Positions 1 to 9,697 of a stretch of DNA of 64,000 nt are shown here, piece by piece. The stretch spans positions 184,795-248,794 of the forward strand of contig CAVZJB010000006.1 of the NCBI GenBank assembly GCA_963775425.1, given 5' to 3'. The notes under the pieces are model-generated. The model had not been told where the DNA came from. It did not search any database and saw only the letters and a list, made by a program, of their open reading frames with translations. Position numbers and translations under genes: made by a program. Source of the DNA: an uncultured delta proteobacterium (GTDB lineage: Bacteria; Myxococcota; UBA727; VGSZ01). Each line of letters starts with the position of its first letter. Position 1 is the stretch's first letter.

Positions 1-2
1 CG

Positions 3-707
3 CTGCGGGCGGCCGTCGACACGCTGCACCAGCGCGGACTCGCGCCCAGCTTGCTCGTCAACAACGCCGGCACCATGACGGTCGAGGGTGAGCCCTTGCA
101 CAAAAACGAGCAGGGGATCGAGACCACGTTCGCGGCCAACCACCTCGGCGCCGCGCTGCTGTCGCTCCTGTTGCTCGAAGACCTGCGCAAGGCCGGGCCG
201 TCGCGCATCGTCAACATCGCGTCGCGCGCGCACATGGGCTTCCCGGGCATGGGCGGGCCCGCGGTGTTCGACTTCGACAACATCAACGGCGAGAAGGGCT
301 TCGACGGGATGATGGCGTACAAGAACTCCAAGCTCGCGATGATCTGGTTCACCTACGAGCTCGCGCGGCGCTTGAAGGACAAATCGGTGACGGTGAACGC
401 GGTCTGCCCGGGCTTCGTCCCCGAGACCGTTGGCGAGCACACCAAGGGCTTTCAACGTTTCCTGTTCAAGCACGTGCTCACGCACGTCCCCGGCGCGCAC
501 CCCGCGGCCGAGGCCGCCGACAACCTCGCCTTCGTCGCCCTCGACGACTCCCTCGCCGGCGTCACCGGCAAGTTCTACGGCGAGAAGCACCCCGTCGAGA
601 GCTCGCCCGACTCGTACGACACCGACAAGCAGAAGCGCCTGTGGGACCTCACGTGGGGGCTCACCGGCGTCTCCGCCGACGAGCTCGCCCGCCTCGGCCT
701 CGCGTGA
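3..707 (+). CDS. SDR family oxidoreductase (retinol dehydrogenase-like), 5' end outside window
   Basis: LVNNAG, ETTFAANHLG, RIVNIAS, catalytic YKNSK (YxxxK), VNAVCPGFV; the frame is open back to the window start. Confidence 0.9.
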   Translation: MRAAVDTLHQRGLAPSLLVNNAGTMTVEGEPLHKNEQGIETTFAANHLGAALLSLLLLEDLRKAGPSRIVNIASRAHMGFPGMGGPAVFDFDNINGEKGFDGMMAYKNSKLAMIWFTYELARRLKDKSVTVNAVCPGFVPETVGEHTKGFQRFLFKHVLTHVPGAHPAAEAADNLAFVALDDSLAGVTGKFYGEKHPVESSPDSYDTDKQKRLWDLTWGLTGVSADELARLGLA

Positions 708-1555
708 GCGACGCGCTCGCCGCGGTCGCAGCCGAGACCGTCGCGCTGTGCACGGCGGGCTCGTATGTGTCGGCGTCCGGCGTCGTCGTCGACATCCGCG
801 CCGTCGTCGACGCCGCCGTCGCCGGCACGCGGCTGTACCGCGACGACGAGCTGCGTGCGCTGGTGGCGGCGCGCGCCGCGCCGGCGCGGGTGGCGCGGGT
901 GCGCTGCCTCGAGGAGCGCTCGGGCGCGTGCGCGGGCCGGCTCCTCGGCGAGGGGAGGCGGCGCGTGGCGGTGCTCAACTACGCCAACGGCGTGCGCCCC
1001 GGCGGGGGCTTCCTCGTCGGCGCGCGGGCGCAGGAGGAGGCGCTGTGCCGGTGCTCGGGGCTGTACGCCTGCCTCTCCGGCGCCGGGGCGCGCGCGTTCT
1101 ACGACGACAACCGCGCCGCGGGCTCCGCGCTCGTTCGCGGCCACGTGCTCGTGAGCCCCGCCGTCCCGTTCTTTCGCACGGAGGACCTCGCGCTGCTCGA
1201 CGCGCCGTTCGTCGTCACGGTGCTGACGTGCGCCGCCCCGGACCTCGGCCGGCTGCGCGCCGCCATCGCCCGGGGCAAGGAGCCACCCGAGCGGCTCGAC
1301 GAGGTGCCCGCGATCTTCGCGGAGCGCACCGGGATGGTGCTCGCCGCCGCGCGCGCCGCCGGCTGCGACGCCGTCGTCGCCGGGCCCTGGGGGTGCGGTG
1401 CCTTCGGCAACGATCCCGACGTCGTCGCAGGCGCGTTCGCCGCGGCCGTCGCCCGCCACGGCGACGCCTTCGACGACGTCGTCTTCGCGACCTGGGGCCC
1501 GCCGGACAACCGCGCGGCGTTCGAGCGTCGCTTCGCTTCGGTCGGGCCGCACTGA
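704..1555 (+). CDS. TIGR02452 family / microbial PARG-like macrodomain protein
   Basis: VAVLNYANGVRPGGGFLVGARAQEEALCRCSGLY (GGG-x-QEE PARG signature), GPWGCGAFGNDP; GTG start overlaps the upstream TGA. Confidence 0.85.
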   Translation: MSDALAAVAAETVALCTAGSYVSASGVVVDIRAVVDAAVAGTRLYRDDELRALVAARAAPARVARVRCLEERSGACAGRLLGEGRRRVAVLNYANGVRPGGGFLVGARAQEEALCRCSGLYACLSGAGARAFYDDNRAAGSALVRGHVLVSPAVPFFRTEDLALLDAPFVVTVLTCAAPDLGRLRAAIARGKEPPERLDEVPAIFAERTGMVLAAARAAGCDAVVAGPWGCGAFGNDPDVVAGAFAAAVARHGDAFDDVVFATWGPPDNRAAFERRFASVGPH

Positions 1556-1619
1556 ACGCCGGTGCGGTCGCTTCGGACCGGCAAGCGCCGCCGTGCGCGT
1601 CGTCGGCTACACTCGGCGC

Positions 1620-3101
1620 ATGCTCATGCGTGCTCTCCTGCTCTTCGCCGCCGTCATCGCCCTCGAGCCCCTCGGCTGCTCGAGCTGCGCCCAGCCCATC
1701 GCCGAGGGCGAGGGCGAAGGCGACGAGGGCGAGGGCGAAGGTGAAGGCGACGAAGGCGAAGGAGAAGGCGAAGGAGAAGGCGAAGGAGAAGGCGAAGGAG
1801 AAGGCGAAGGAGAGGGAGAAGGGGAGGGAGAAGGGGAGGGAGAGGGCGAAGGAGAAGGTGAAGGTGAAGGTGAAGGTGAAGGTGAAGGTGAAGGTGAAGG
1901 TGAAGGCGAGGGGGAAGGAGCCTGTCCGGACCCCGCCGGCACGCTCTTCGTCGACGGCCTCGGCGGCAACGACACGACCGGCAACGGCTCGTCCACGTGT
2001 CCCTTCAAGTCGATCGCGCACGCGCTCACGAGCGCGGCGGCTGACAACAGCATCGACACCGTCCACGTCGCCGGCGGCGCGGCCGGCGCGCCGATCACGT
2101 ACTCCGCCGCGGCCACCGGCGAGGTGTTCCCGCTCGCTCCGCGCAACGACCTGGCCATCGAGGGTGACGGCGCCGCCACCGTCGTCATCAGCGGCAACGA
2201 CCGCATCGGCAGTTGCCCCAACGCGACCACCTGCGTCGTGCACGTCGCGCACGACAACGTCTCCATCCGCGCCGTGACAATCTCCTCGGCGGGCGCCGTG
2301 CGCGGCGTGGTCGTCGACAACGCCGTGGGCGTCGCGATCTCCGACGCCACGCTGACAAACATCCCAGGCGCGGCCGTGTTCGCCGCCGGCTCGTCCGAGC
2401 TGAGCCTGACGCGGGTGAACGCGCTCGCCGACGGCACCGGCGTCGTCGCCATCGCCACCGCCGACGTCACGCTCGCGAACGTCAACGCCAGCCAGAACGG
2501 GGGAGCGCTCGCGGCCCGCGACGGCGCCACGCTGACGTCGTCGTCGTGCACGTTCACGAACAACAACGGCAACGACGCGCAGGGCGCCGTGGCCCTCGCC
2601 GGCACCGCTTCGTGGACGTCCACCGACAATCACGTCTCCGACAACGCACGCGACGGCGTGCTCCTCGGGACGCCCGCCGCCGCGAGCGCGAACACGGTGG
2701 TGATGTCGTCGACGGCCGGCGGGCAGGGCTGCGAGATCGAAGGCAACGGCACCGCCGCCCGCGGCAACGGCGTCCGCGCGTTCGGCACCAGCAGCGTCAC
2801 GCTCGCGGGTTGCACGGTGCTCGGCAACAGCGGCAGCGGCGTCGACCTCAACGCCCTCGCGCGCGCTGACCTCGGCGCGGCGAGCAACGGCTCCTCCGGA
2901 GGCAACACCCTCCAGTCGAGCACGGCCGCGCTCGCGAACGCCGGCGCCGGCGTATGCAACAACACCCTGCTCGACGTCACCGCGGTGAACAATCACTGGT
3001 CGGCCTGCGACCCCGTCACCTCGAGCACCTGCGACAACGCCGTCGACGTCGGCACGCCGAGCACCGGCACCGTCACCACCGCCGGCTGCCTCACGCCTTA
3101 G
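1620..3101 (+). CDS. Lipoprotein with poly(Glu-Gly) linker and DUF1565/pectin-lyase-like beta-helix
   Basis: Signal peptide with Cys, about 72-aa EG tract, FVDGLGGNDTTGNGSSTCPFKSIAHAL and YSAAATGEVFPL motifs, Asn/Gly-rich beta-helix repeats. Confidence 0.75.
   Translation: MLMRALLLFAAVIALEPLGCSSCAQPIAEGEGEGDEGEGEGEGDEGEGEGEGEGEGEGEGEGEGEGEGEGEGEGEGEGEGEGEGEGEGEGEGEGEGEGEGACPDPAGTLFVDGLGGNDTTGNGSSTCPFKSIAHALTSAAADNSIDTVHVAGGAAGAPITYSAAATGEVFPLAPRNDLAIEGDGAATVVISGNDRIGSCPNATTCVVHVAHDNVSIRAVTISSAGAVRGVVVDNAVGVAISDATLTNIPGAAVFAAGSSELSLTRVNALADGTGVVAIATADVTLANVNASQNGGALAARDGATLTSSSCTFTNNNGNDAQGAVALAGTASWTSTDNHVSDNARDGVLLGTPAAASANTVVMSSTAGGQGCEIEGNGTAARGNGVRAFGTSSVTLAGCTVLGNSGSGVDLNALARADLGAASNGSSGGNTLQSSTAALANAGAGVCNNTLLDVTAVNNHWSACDPVTSSTCDNAVDVGTPSTGTVTTAGCLTP
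1704..1919 (+). repeat. Coding (Glu-Gly)n tract
   Basis: Runs of GAAGGC/GAAGGA/GAAGGT hexamers. Confidence 0.95.
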
Positions 3102-3130
3102 GGTTGTCAGCGCGCCGGGGCGGCGGCCAG

Positions 3131-4402
3131 CTAAGGCAGGCGGAGGACGTCGCCGGGCTGCAGGCCCGAGAGGACCTCGGCGTGGGTCGGGGAGGTCTTG
3201 CCGATCTTGACGTCGACGGTGCTGCCGTCGGCGCGGGTGCCGCTGAAAGCGCCGTTGTTCTCCGTGAGCGCGGCGAGCGGGACGAGCACGGCGTCCTTGG
3301 CCAGCACCGCCGAGATGTCGGCGCGCACGGTCCCGCCCGGGCGGAGCGGGAGGTCGCTGTCCTCGAGCTCGAGCACGAGCTTCACCTCCTTGAGGCTCCC
3401 CTGCGGCGTGTTGGTGCCCATGCGCTCGTTGCGGGTGGTGGCGAAGTCGTCCTTGCTCACCACTTTGGCCTTGAGCGGCCGATCCGGAGCGAGGGTGACG
3501 ACGACGGTGGCCTCGTCGCCGACGCTGACGAGCGAAGCGTCGCGCTGGCGCACGTAGACGGCGGCGTTGAAGCTCGTCAGCTCGGGGATCTCGAGGATCT
3601 TGTCTCCGGGACGCGCCACCTTCCCCGGCGACGCCTTGGTCATCGTCCAGTTCAGGCGCGTGTACGGCGCGTAGAGGATGCCGTCGGCGGGCGCCTTCAC
3701 GGCGAGCTTCTGCAGCTCGTCCTTCAACTGGTCGACCTTCTCCTGCGCGGTCTTCACCTGCACCTGCTGGACCTCGAGCGCGGCCTGCTTCTTCTTTTCG
3801 AAGGTGGCGAGCTCCTTCTCCGCCGTCTCCTGCTGCAGCTCGGCGTTGCGGAGGTCGACCTTGGCCTTTTCGAGGTCGAGCTTGGACACCAGATTCACGC
3901 CCTCGACGACGCTGAGCTTGGCGAGCTGCACGGACATCTTGGCGCGCTGCACGGCGAGCGTGCGCGAGATGGCCTCGTCCTCGTTTTGCTGCTGGACCTT
4001 CCTGAGCTCCGCCTGCGCGACGAGGAGGTCCGCCTGCGCGTCGCGCAGATCCTGCTGGAAGGTGCCGGGCGCGAAGGTGAGCACCGTGTCGCCCTTCTTG
4101 ACCTTGGTGCCGTCCGGCAGCACCGACTCCACCGTCACCTGCCACACCTTGCTGAGCTCGGGCACGAGCACCGGATGGCTCTGCCGCGCCTCGATCTCGC
4201 CGTAGAAGCTTCCCGAGAACACGAGGTCGCCCTTGCTGACCTTGACGGTGGGCGCGTCCGCCGCCGCCAGGTCCTCGTCGGCGCCGCACGCCGACGCGAG
4301 CAGCGCCCCGGCCGACAGCAGAAACGCGGCAGCGGCCACCGCGGCGGGGCCGCGGGCCGGCGGGCGGAGCGAGGGCGGGGAGGTTCGAGCGTTCATGGTC
4401 AT
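3131..4402 (-). CDS. Efflux periplasmic adaptor (HlyD/MacA-like membrane fusion lipoprotein)
   Basis: LLASAC lipobox, lipoyl-like VLPDGTKVKKGDTVL, coiled-coil hairpin, VKAPADG, LRPGGTVRADI; ATGA overlap with the permease gene. Confidence 0.85.
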   Translation of the reverse strand: MTMNARTSPPSLRPPARGPAAVAAAAFLLSAGALLASACGADEDLAAADAPTVKVSKGDLVFSGSFYGEIEARQSHPVLVPELSKVWQVTVESVLPDGTKVKKGDTVLTFAPGTFQQDLRDAQADLLVAQAELRKVQQQNEDEAISRTLAVQRAKMSVQLAKLSVVEGVNLVSKLDLEKAKVDLRNAELQQETAEKELATFEKKKQAALEVQQVQVKTAQEKVDQLKDELQKLAVKAPADGILYAPYTRLNWTMTKASPGKVARPGDKILEIPELTSFNAAVYVRQRDASLVSVGDEATVVVTLAPDRPLKAKVVSKDDFATTRNERMGTNTPQGSLKEVKLVLELEDSDLPLRPGGTVRADISAVLAKDAVLVPLAALTENNGAFSGTRADGSTVDVKIGKTSPTHAEVLSGLQPGDVLRLP

Positions 4403-5631
4403 CCTCGTTGCAGCGCTTCGACGGGGTTGACCCGCGCGGCGCGCATCGCCGGCCACAGACCCGAGACGAGCCCAACCGCGAGAGAGAGGGAGAAGGAGAG
4501 GATCATCGCGGTCCACGCGAACGCGATGGGCAGGTGAAATGCGACGCCGACGACGAAGGAGACGACGTAGCCGAGGACGACCCCGATGCTCCCGCCGATG
4601 CAACAGACGATGACGGCTTCGAGCAGGAACTGGTCGCGGATGTCTGTGGCGCTGGCGCCGATGGCGCGGCGCAGGCCGATCTCGGTCACGCGCTCCATGA
4701 TGTTGGCCAACATGATGTTCATGACGCCGATGCCGCCCACCAGCAGCGATATGGCGGCGATGGAGATGAGCACCACGTTCAGGATGGACTGCGCGGCGCG
4801 CTTCTTCTCGAGGATCTCCTCGGGCGCGATGACCTCGAAGTCGTCGCGCCCGCCGTGGAGCGCGCGCAGCACCGGCGTGACGGCGCGCTTCTTCTGCAGC
4901 GTGTCGGCGAGGCCGCCGACGCGGAGCGAGATGACGTCGACCTCGCGGTACGCCTCGAGCGGCGCGACCTCCTCCTCGGCGGTCTGGAACGGAACCACCA
5001 CGGCGCGGTTGTACTGCTCGGGATCGAGCGGCAGCTCGCCGCCGCCCTTCTTCTTGGCGAGCACGCCGACGATCTCGAAGTAGGCGTAGCCGATGCGCAC
5101 GCGCTTGCCGATGGCGCCGGCGGGGTACTCCGCCGCGACGTCCGCGCCGACCACGGCCACGCGACGCGCGTGCTCCTCGTCGACGTCGAGGAGCCGGCGC
5201 CCCTGGGTGACCGTGAGGTGGTGGAGGTCGAAGATGGACGGGGAGACGGCCGCGAGCTTGACGTTGTAGCTGGACGCGGGGAGGTCGGTCACGATGATGT
5301 CCGACCAGTGCTCGTAGCCCGCGGCGCCGAGCCCGGGGACCACCGCGCGCAGGGCGTCGATGTCGCTGCGGGCCAGGCCGCGCGAGTCGTTCACGATCTC
5401 GGGGATCTTCTCGCTCGGCACGTCCTTGGCTTTGATGTGCACGACGTCGCCGCCGAGGGTCTCGATGCTCGCGAGGATCTCGCGCTGCGCGCCCTCGCCG
5501 ATGGACATCATGCCCACCACCGAGCTGACACCGAGCACCATGCCCAGCAGCGCCAGCGCCGTGCGCAGCGGGTGCGTGCGGAACTGCACCAGGCTGCGCC
5601 GCACTTTCCGGAAGCCCGGCTGGGCGCTCAT
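4399..5631 (-). CDS. MacB-like ABC transporter permease
   Basis: RTALALLGMVLGVSSVVGMMSIGEGA, IAAISLLVGGIGVMNIMLANIMERVTEIGLRRAIGA, PAMRAARVNPVEAL. Confidence 0.92.
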   Translation of the reverse strand: MSAQPGFRKVRRSLVQFRTHPLRTALALLGMVLGVSSVVGMMSIGEGAQREILASIETLGGDVVHIKAKDVPSEKIPEIVNDSRGLARSDIDALRAVVPGLGAAGYEHWSDIIVTDLPASSYNVKLAAVSPSIFDLHHLTVTQGRRLLDVDEEHARRVAVVGADVAAEYPAGAIGKRVRIGYAYFEIVGVLAKKKGGGELPLDPEQYNRAVVVPFQTAEEEVAPLEAYREVDVISLRVGGLADTLQKKRAVTPVLRALHGGRDDFEVIAPEEILEKKRAAQSILNVVLISIAAISLLVGGIGVMNIMLANIMERVTEIGLRRAIGASATDIRDQFLLEAVIVCCIGGSIGVVLGYVVSFVVGVAFHLPIAFAWTAMILSFSLSLAVGLVSGLWPAMRAARVNPVEALQRG

Positions 5632-6770
5632 GGCGTCCCCCGCGGTCGCGGCCGGGGCTGGCCCGGCGCGTCCGCCGGCAGCGCCTGCGGGGCGGCGGAC
5701 GAAGGGAGGCGCACCACGAGCTCCGTGCCTGCGCTGAGGGCCTTCGGCGACTCGTCGAAGTCGGCGCTGACGGCGAAGGCCTTCTCGCGCGCGTTCGGGA
5801 GGTCGTCGTTTTCGAGGAGGTAGCCGATCTCTTGCGGGAAGTAGTCGATGGAGCTGACCGTGGCCCTGTGCTCCTCGCGAGAGCCCTGCGTGGTGACGAC
5901 GACGGCGGAGCCCACCGAGAGCTCGTGGATGCGGTACTCGGGCACGAAGAAGCGCACCGCGAGCGCGCTGTCCTTCGCCACCGACATCACCTTGGTGCCG
6001 CCGGCGATGGAGTCGCCCTTTTGCACCTTCCGGCGTTCGCGCCCGTTGAATGCGTGGCGCACGACGCCGTCGTGCGGTGCGTGGACCACGAAGCGATCTT
6101 CGTAGAAGTGGTAGGTGTCCATGTCCGAGTGCGCGCGCTTGACCGTGAGGTCCTGGTACGCCTTCTCCGCCTCGTTGGCCCGCTCCGCCGAAGCGATGCG
6201 CTGCTTGGCCGCGTCCACCTCGAAGTCCGCGATCTCCTTGCTGATGCGGTAGATCTCCGCCTGCCGCCGCGACAGCGCCCGCTCCTTCTCGACGTCGATG
6301 CGCGCGAGCTGCGCCTCGATCTCCTTCTTCTTCTCGTCGAGCCGCAGGCCGTCCACCGTCTGCTGCGCGTCGATCTTGGCCGACGCCGCCTTGGCCTCCG
6401 CCGACGAGATGCGCTGCTGGATCCAGCTCAGCGCGTCCTTGCCGCGAAAGTCGAAGCGCGCGACGACGTCGCCGGCCTTCACCGCCGTGCCGTCGGGCGC
6501 GAGCTCCACGAGCTTGCTCGCGTGCCACCACGAGTTCCAGCCGGAGATGGAAAAGCCCGCCTCGGGCCCGTAGATGTCGGTGGCGTGGGCGGCGACGGAG
6601 ATGCCGGTGAAGGCGTCTGCGGGCGGCCGCTTGGACGCGTCCTCGCTCTTGTCGCTCTTGCCGCTCTTGCCGGCGGCCGCGGCGCTTTTGGCTCCGCCGC
6701 CCCCGCCGACCGCGGAGTCGCCCGCGGCGCTCGCGGCGAACAGCAAGGCGGCGGCGACGAGCACCTTCAT
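5628..6770 (-). CDS. Second efflux periplasmic adaptor (HlyD family)
   Basis: Signal peptide, LAPDGTAVKAGDVVARFD, helical hairpin, VHAPHDGVV. Confidence 0.8.
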   Translation of the reverse strand: MKVLVAAALLFAASAAGDSAVGGGGGAKSAAAAGKSGKSDKSEDASKRPPADAFTGISVAAHATDIYGPEAGFSISGWNSWWHASKLVELAPDGTAVKAGDVVARFDFRGKDALSWIQQRISSAEAKAASAKIDAQQTVDGLRLDEKKKEIEAQLARIDVEKERALSRRQAEIYRISKEIADFEVDAAKQRIASAERANEAEKAYQDLTVKRAHSDMDTYHFYEDRFVVHAPHDGVVRHAFNGRERRKVQKGDSIAGGTKVMSVAKDSALAVRFFVPEYRIHELSVGSAVVVTTQGSREEHRATVSSIDYFPQEIGYLLENDDLPNAREKAFAVSADFDESPKALSAGTELVVRLPSSAAPQALPADAPGQPRPRPRGTP

Positions 6771-7603
6771 GGCGCCCCCGCCGCGGCCGGGGCCTCGTCG
6801 ATGCGGCCGTCGAGCATATGGATGGTGCGACCGGCGAGCGCGGTGGCGACGCCGGGGTCGTGGGTGACGACGACGAGCGTGGCGCCGAACATCTCGTGCA
6901 CCTTGCCGAACAGCTCGAGGATGGCGCCCTGCGAGCGCGAGTCCAGCGCCCCGGTGGGCTCGTCCGCGAGGAGCATCTGCGGCTCGTTCACCAGGGCGCG
7001 CGCGATGGCCACGCGCTGGCGCTCCCCGCCCGACAGCTCGTTGGGACGGTGGTCCATGCGGTGCTCGAGGCCGACGAGCGCGAGCAGCTCACGGGCGCGG
7101 GCGTCGCCGTCGGCCGCCGTGCCGGCGCGCTCCGGGGCATGCGGCAGGGCGCGCGCACGAGGCGGCTTTCGATATTCGAGCGGCAGCTTGACGTTTTCGA
7201 GGATGGTGAGGCCGGCGAGGAGGTGGAACGCCTGAAAGACGAAGCCGAAGCGCGCGTTGCGCAGGCGGGAGAGGGTGTCGTCGTCGAAGGCGCCGACGTC
7301 GGTGCCGTCGATGCGGTAGGTGCCCGTCGACGGTGCGTCCAGGCAGCCGAGGATGTTCAACAGCGTGGACTTGCCCGACCCGGAGCGGCCCATGATGGCG
7401 ACGCGCTCGCCGCGGCTGATGGTGAGGTCCACGCCCTGGAGCACGGGCACGGCGGTCTCGTCGCGGCGATAGGTCTTGGTGATCCCCGCGAGCTCCACAA
7501 AAGGATCCTGCGCCCCTGATCGAGCCGCGGGGGCTGCGTCGGCGGGGACCGACGCGGGGAACCCCGTCGGCGGCGTCTGTGCGGGGGGCGAGACGTGGCT
7601 CAC
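6767..7603 (-). CDS. ABC transporter ATP-binding protein (LolD/MacB-like)
   Basis: Walker A GRSGSGKS, LSGGERQRVAIARAL, LLADEPTGALD, VVVTHD. Confidence 0.93.
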   Translation of the reverse strand: MSHVSPPAQTPPTGFPASVPADAAPAARSGAQDPFVELAGITKTYRRDETAVPVLQGVDLTISRGERVAIMGRSGSGKSTLLNILGCLDAPSTGTYRIDGTDVGAFDDDTLSRLRNARFGFVFQAFHLLAGLTILENVKLPLEYRKPPRARALPHAPERAGTAADGDARARELLALVGLEHRMDHRPNELSGGERQRVAIARALVNEPQMLLADEPTGALDSRSQGAILELFGKVHEMFGATLVVVTHDPGVATALAGRTIHMLDGRIDEAPAAAGAP

Positions 7604-9075
7604 GGCGTCTGCACCTCCACGCCGGCGGTCTCGGCGAGACGGCCCTCGAGCGCGAGCAGCCGGGCGCGCGAGACGTGCACGGCGCGCACCGTCTGGCGCA
7701 GCGCGATGGAGGCCTCGTCGAGCTCGCGCTGGAAGCGCACGACGTCGGCGAGGGTGGAGATGCCGTTTTTGTACTTGTCGTTCTGCGCGGTGAGCTTCTT
7801 GTCGGCGAGGTCGAGCTGCTTGCGGCCGAGCTTCTCGAGGCGCAGGTTGAGCGCGAGCTCGCCGACGGCGCCTTCGATGGCGTGGCGGAGGGCGAGCGTG
7901 CGGCTGTCGAGCTCGAGGCGCTCGCGCTCCGCCTCGACGTGCTCGGCGTCCACCGACGCCTGTACCGCCGGCACGCCGAGCGGCAGGGAGAACACCACGC
8001 CCACGCGCGCGTCGGGCACCGGCGACGTGAAGACGCGCTGGGCCGCGGGGTGCGCGATGTCGCCCTTGGCGCCGAGGGCGATGGAGCCGTCGAGGTCGAG
8101 CTGCGGCAGCGCGTGCACCGCGGCGGTGCGCTCGCGCGCGCTCGCGAGCTGCGCGCGCAGCCGCTGCTCGGCGAGCCCGGGGCTGCCCTCGACAGAGACC
8201 TGCAGGCTCTCGTCGAGGTCGGCGGGCTCGCCGTCGGAGCCGCGCAGGGCGCCGAGATCCTCGCGGACGCTCACCGGCGCGTCCGGCTCCAGCCAGAGGA
8301 GCTCGGCCAGGTGGCGGCGCGCGGACTCCCGCGCCTCCTGCGCGCGCGCGAGCTCGGACTCGAAGAACACGAGGTTCTCGTCGACGAGATAGATCTCGAC
8401 GTCGGCGAGGATGCCGCGGCGGATGTTCTCCGCGGTGTCCTCGCGCTGCTGGCGCGCGCGCTCGAGCGAGCGCTCCTTGATGGCGACGTCGGCCTGGGCG
8501 AGGGCGAGGTCCCAATACGCGCCCTCGACCTCGACGATGAACTGCTCCACCTCGCCGCGCAGCGTCTCCTTGGCGATGCGCGCGGCGAGCGCGGTCTGCT
8601 CGAGCGGCGCCGATGCGCCCGGCAGCCATGCGTCCTTCAACAACGGCTGCGACACCGAGAGCACGAGGGCGCCATCGCTGTGGGACGACGGGCCGGCGAA
8701 GTCGCGCTCGAGCGCGAGCGAAGCGCCGAGCTGCGTACCGAGGGGCGTTTGCCACGCGAGGCCCACGGAGCTGTCGGCGCTCTTGCCGGTGGTGCCGTCG
8801 CCGGGGACGGCGCTCGAGCGAATGTCGGCGAGGCCGGCGCTCACCTGGAGATCCGGGGTGAAGCCCCACCACGCCGCGCTCGCCTGAGCGGCGGCGCGGT
8901 GGGCGACGAGCCGCTGCTGCAGCAGATCGAGGTTGTGGGCGACGGCGGCGCGCACGGCGTCCTCGAGGGAGAGCGCGCGGGCGGGACCGTTCCCGCCCGA
9001 AGCCGCGCCGGGCGCCGCGGGGGCGACAGGGGGGACGGAGACGAGGACGGCGGCTGCGAAGGTGGCGAGGAGCAC
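7600..9075 (-). CDS. TolC family outer membrane protein
   Basis: LSLEDAVRAAVAHNLDL, SQPLLK, VEGAYWDLALA, LPQLDL; GGAGG SD just upstream of GTG at 9075. Confidence 0.85.
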   Translation of the reverse strand: MLLATFAAAVLVSVPPVAPAAPGAASGGNGPARALSLEDAVRAAVAHNLDLLQQRLVAHRAAAQASAAWWGFTPDLQVSAGLADIRSSAVPGDGTTGKSADSSVGLAWQTPLGTQLGASLALERDFAGPSSHSDGALVLSVSQPLLKDAWLPGASAPLEQTALAARIAKETLRGEVEQFIVEVEGAYWDLALAQADVAIKERSLERARQQREDTAENIRRGILADVEIYLVDENLVFFESELARAQEARESARRHLAELLWLEPDAPVSVREDLGALRGSDGEPADLDESLQVSVEGSPGLAEQRLRAQLASARERTAAVHALPQLDLDGSIALGAKGDIAHPAAQRVFTSPVPDARVGVVFSLPLGVPAVQASVDAEHVEAERERLELDSRTLALRHAIEGAVGELALNLRLEKLGRKQLDLADKKLTAQNDKYKNGISTLADVVRFQRELDEASIALRQTVRAVHVSRARLLALEGRLAETAGVEVQTP

Positions 9076-9245
9076 GGCGCCTCCAACCTGGCAGATCGCC
9101 CCGGCATTCCAAGTGGGCTCCCGGCGAAAGCGCTCCGGCTGACGCAGCGCGCCGCGCGCCGGCGCCTCGTCGTGGCGACGCGCGATGAACGACAGCGCGA
9201 AACGGGCCCGCGTTCGGGCTACGCTGCGCCACCCAGGAGCGGGCG

Positions 9246-9676
9246 ATGTGGGAACAGGTGATGGACGCGCGCGGCGACGCCACATCGCTGTGGAGCGAGA
9301 TCGGAGACGCCGTCGTCGACGCCCAGGGGCGCTACGTCGTCGCCTCCGGCCGCAACTTCGGCACGGACAAGATCACGATCACCTGTCGCGACGCCAAGCT
9401 CGCGCCGGTGTGGAAGAACGAGGAGCTCCGTTCGACCTCCACCACGTTCGCCTCACACCGACCATGGACTGGCGCGACGGCGGGGTCGTCGAGCAGCCGC
9501 GGCGCATCACCGCCACGCCCGACGGCACCGTCGGTCTCTGGGACCATGGGGGCAAGCTCACGCTCCTCGGGCCCGATCGCCAGGTTCGGTTGATGACCAC
9601 GGCCGCGCGCGCGAGCATCGAGAGCCGGCGCGCGGATCGGGACAAGAAGATCGCGTTGGACGAGGTCGTCGACTGA
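9246..9676 (+). pseudogene. Hypothetical protein fragment, apparently frameshifted near 9435
   Basis: Two overlapping frames each give protein-like sequence (AVVDAQGRYVVASG... and ...PRRITATPDGTVGLWDHGG). Confidence 0.35.
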
Positions 9677-9697
9677 GGTCGACGGAGGAGGTTCGGC

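Noticed and set aside
704-1555. PARG-like gene as the antitoxin of an ADP-ribosylation system
   Set aside because: No ADP-ribosyltransferase nearby; stand-alone copies of this family are common.
430-2277. Alternative-frame ORFs with KVKVK / KEKAKEK or PSPSPS repeats
   Set aside because: Out-of-frame or antisense readings of the Glu-Gly tract.
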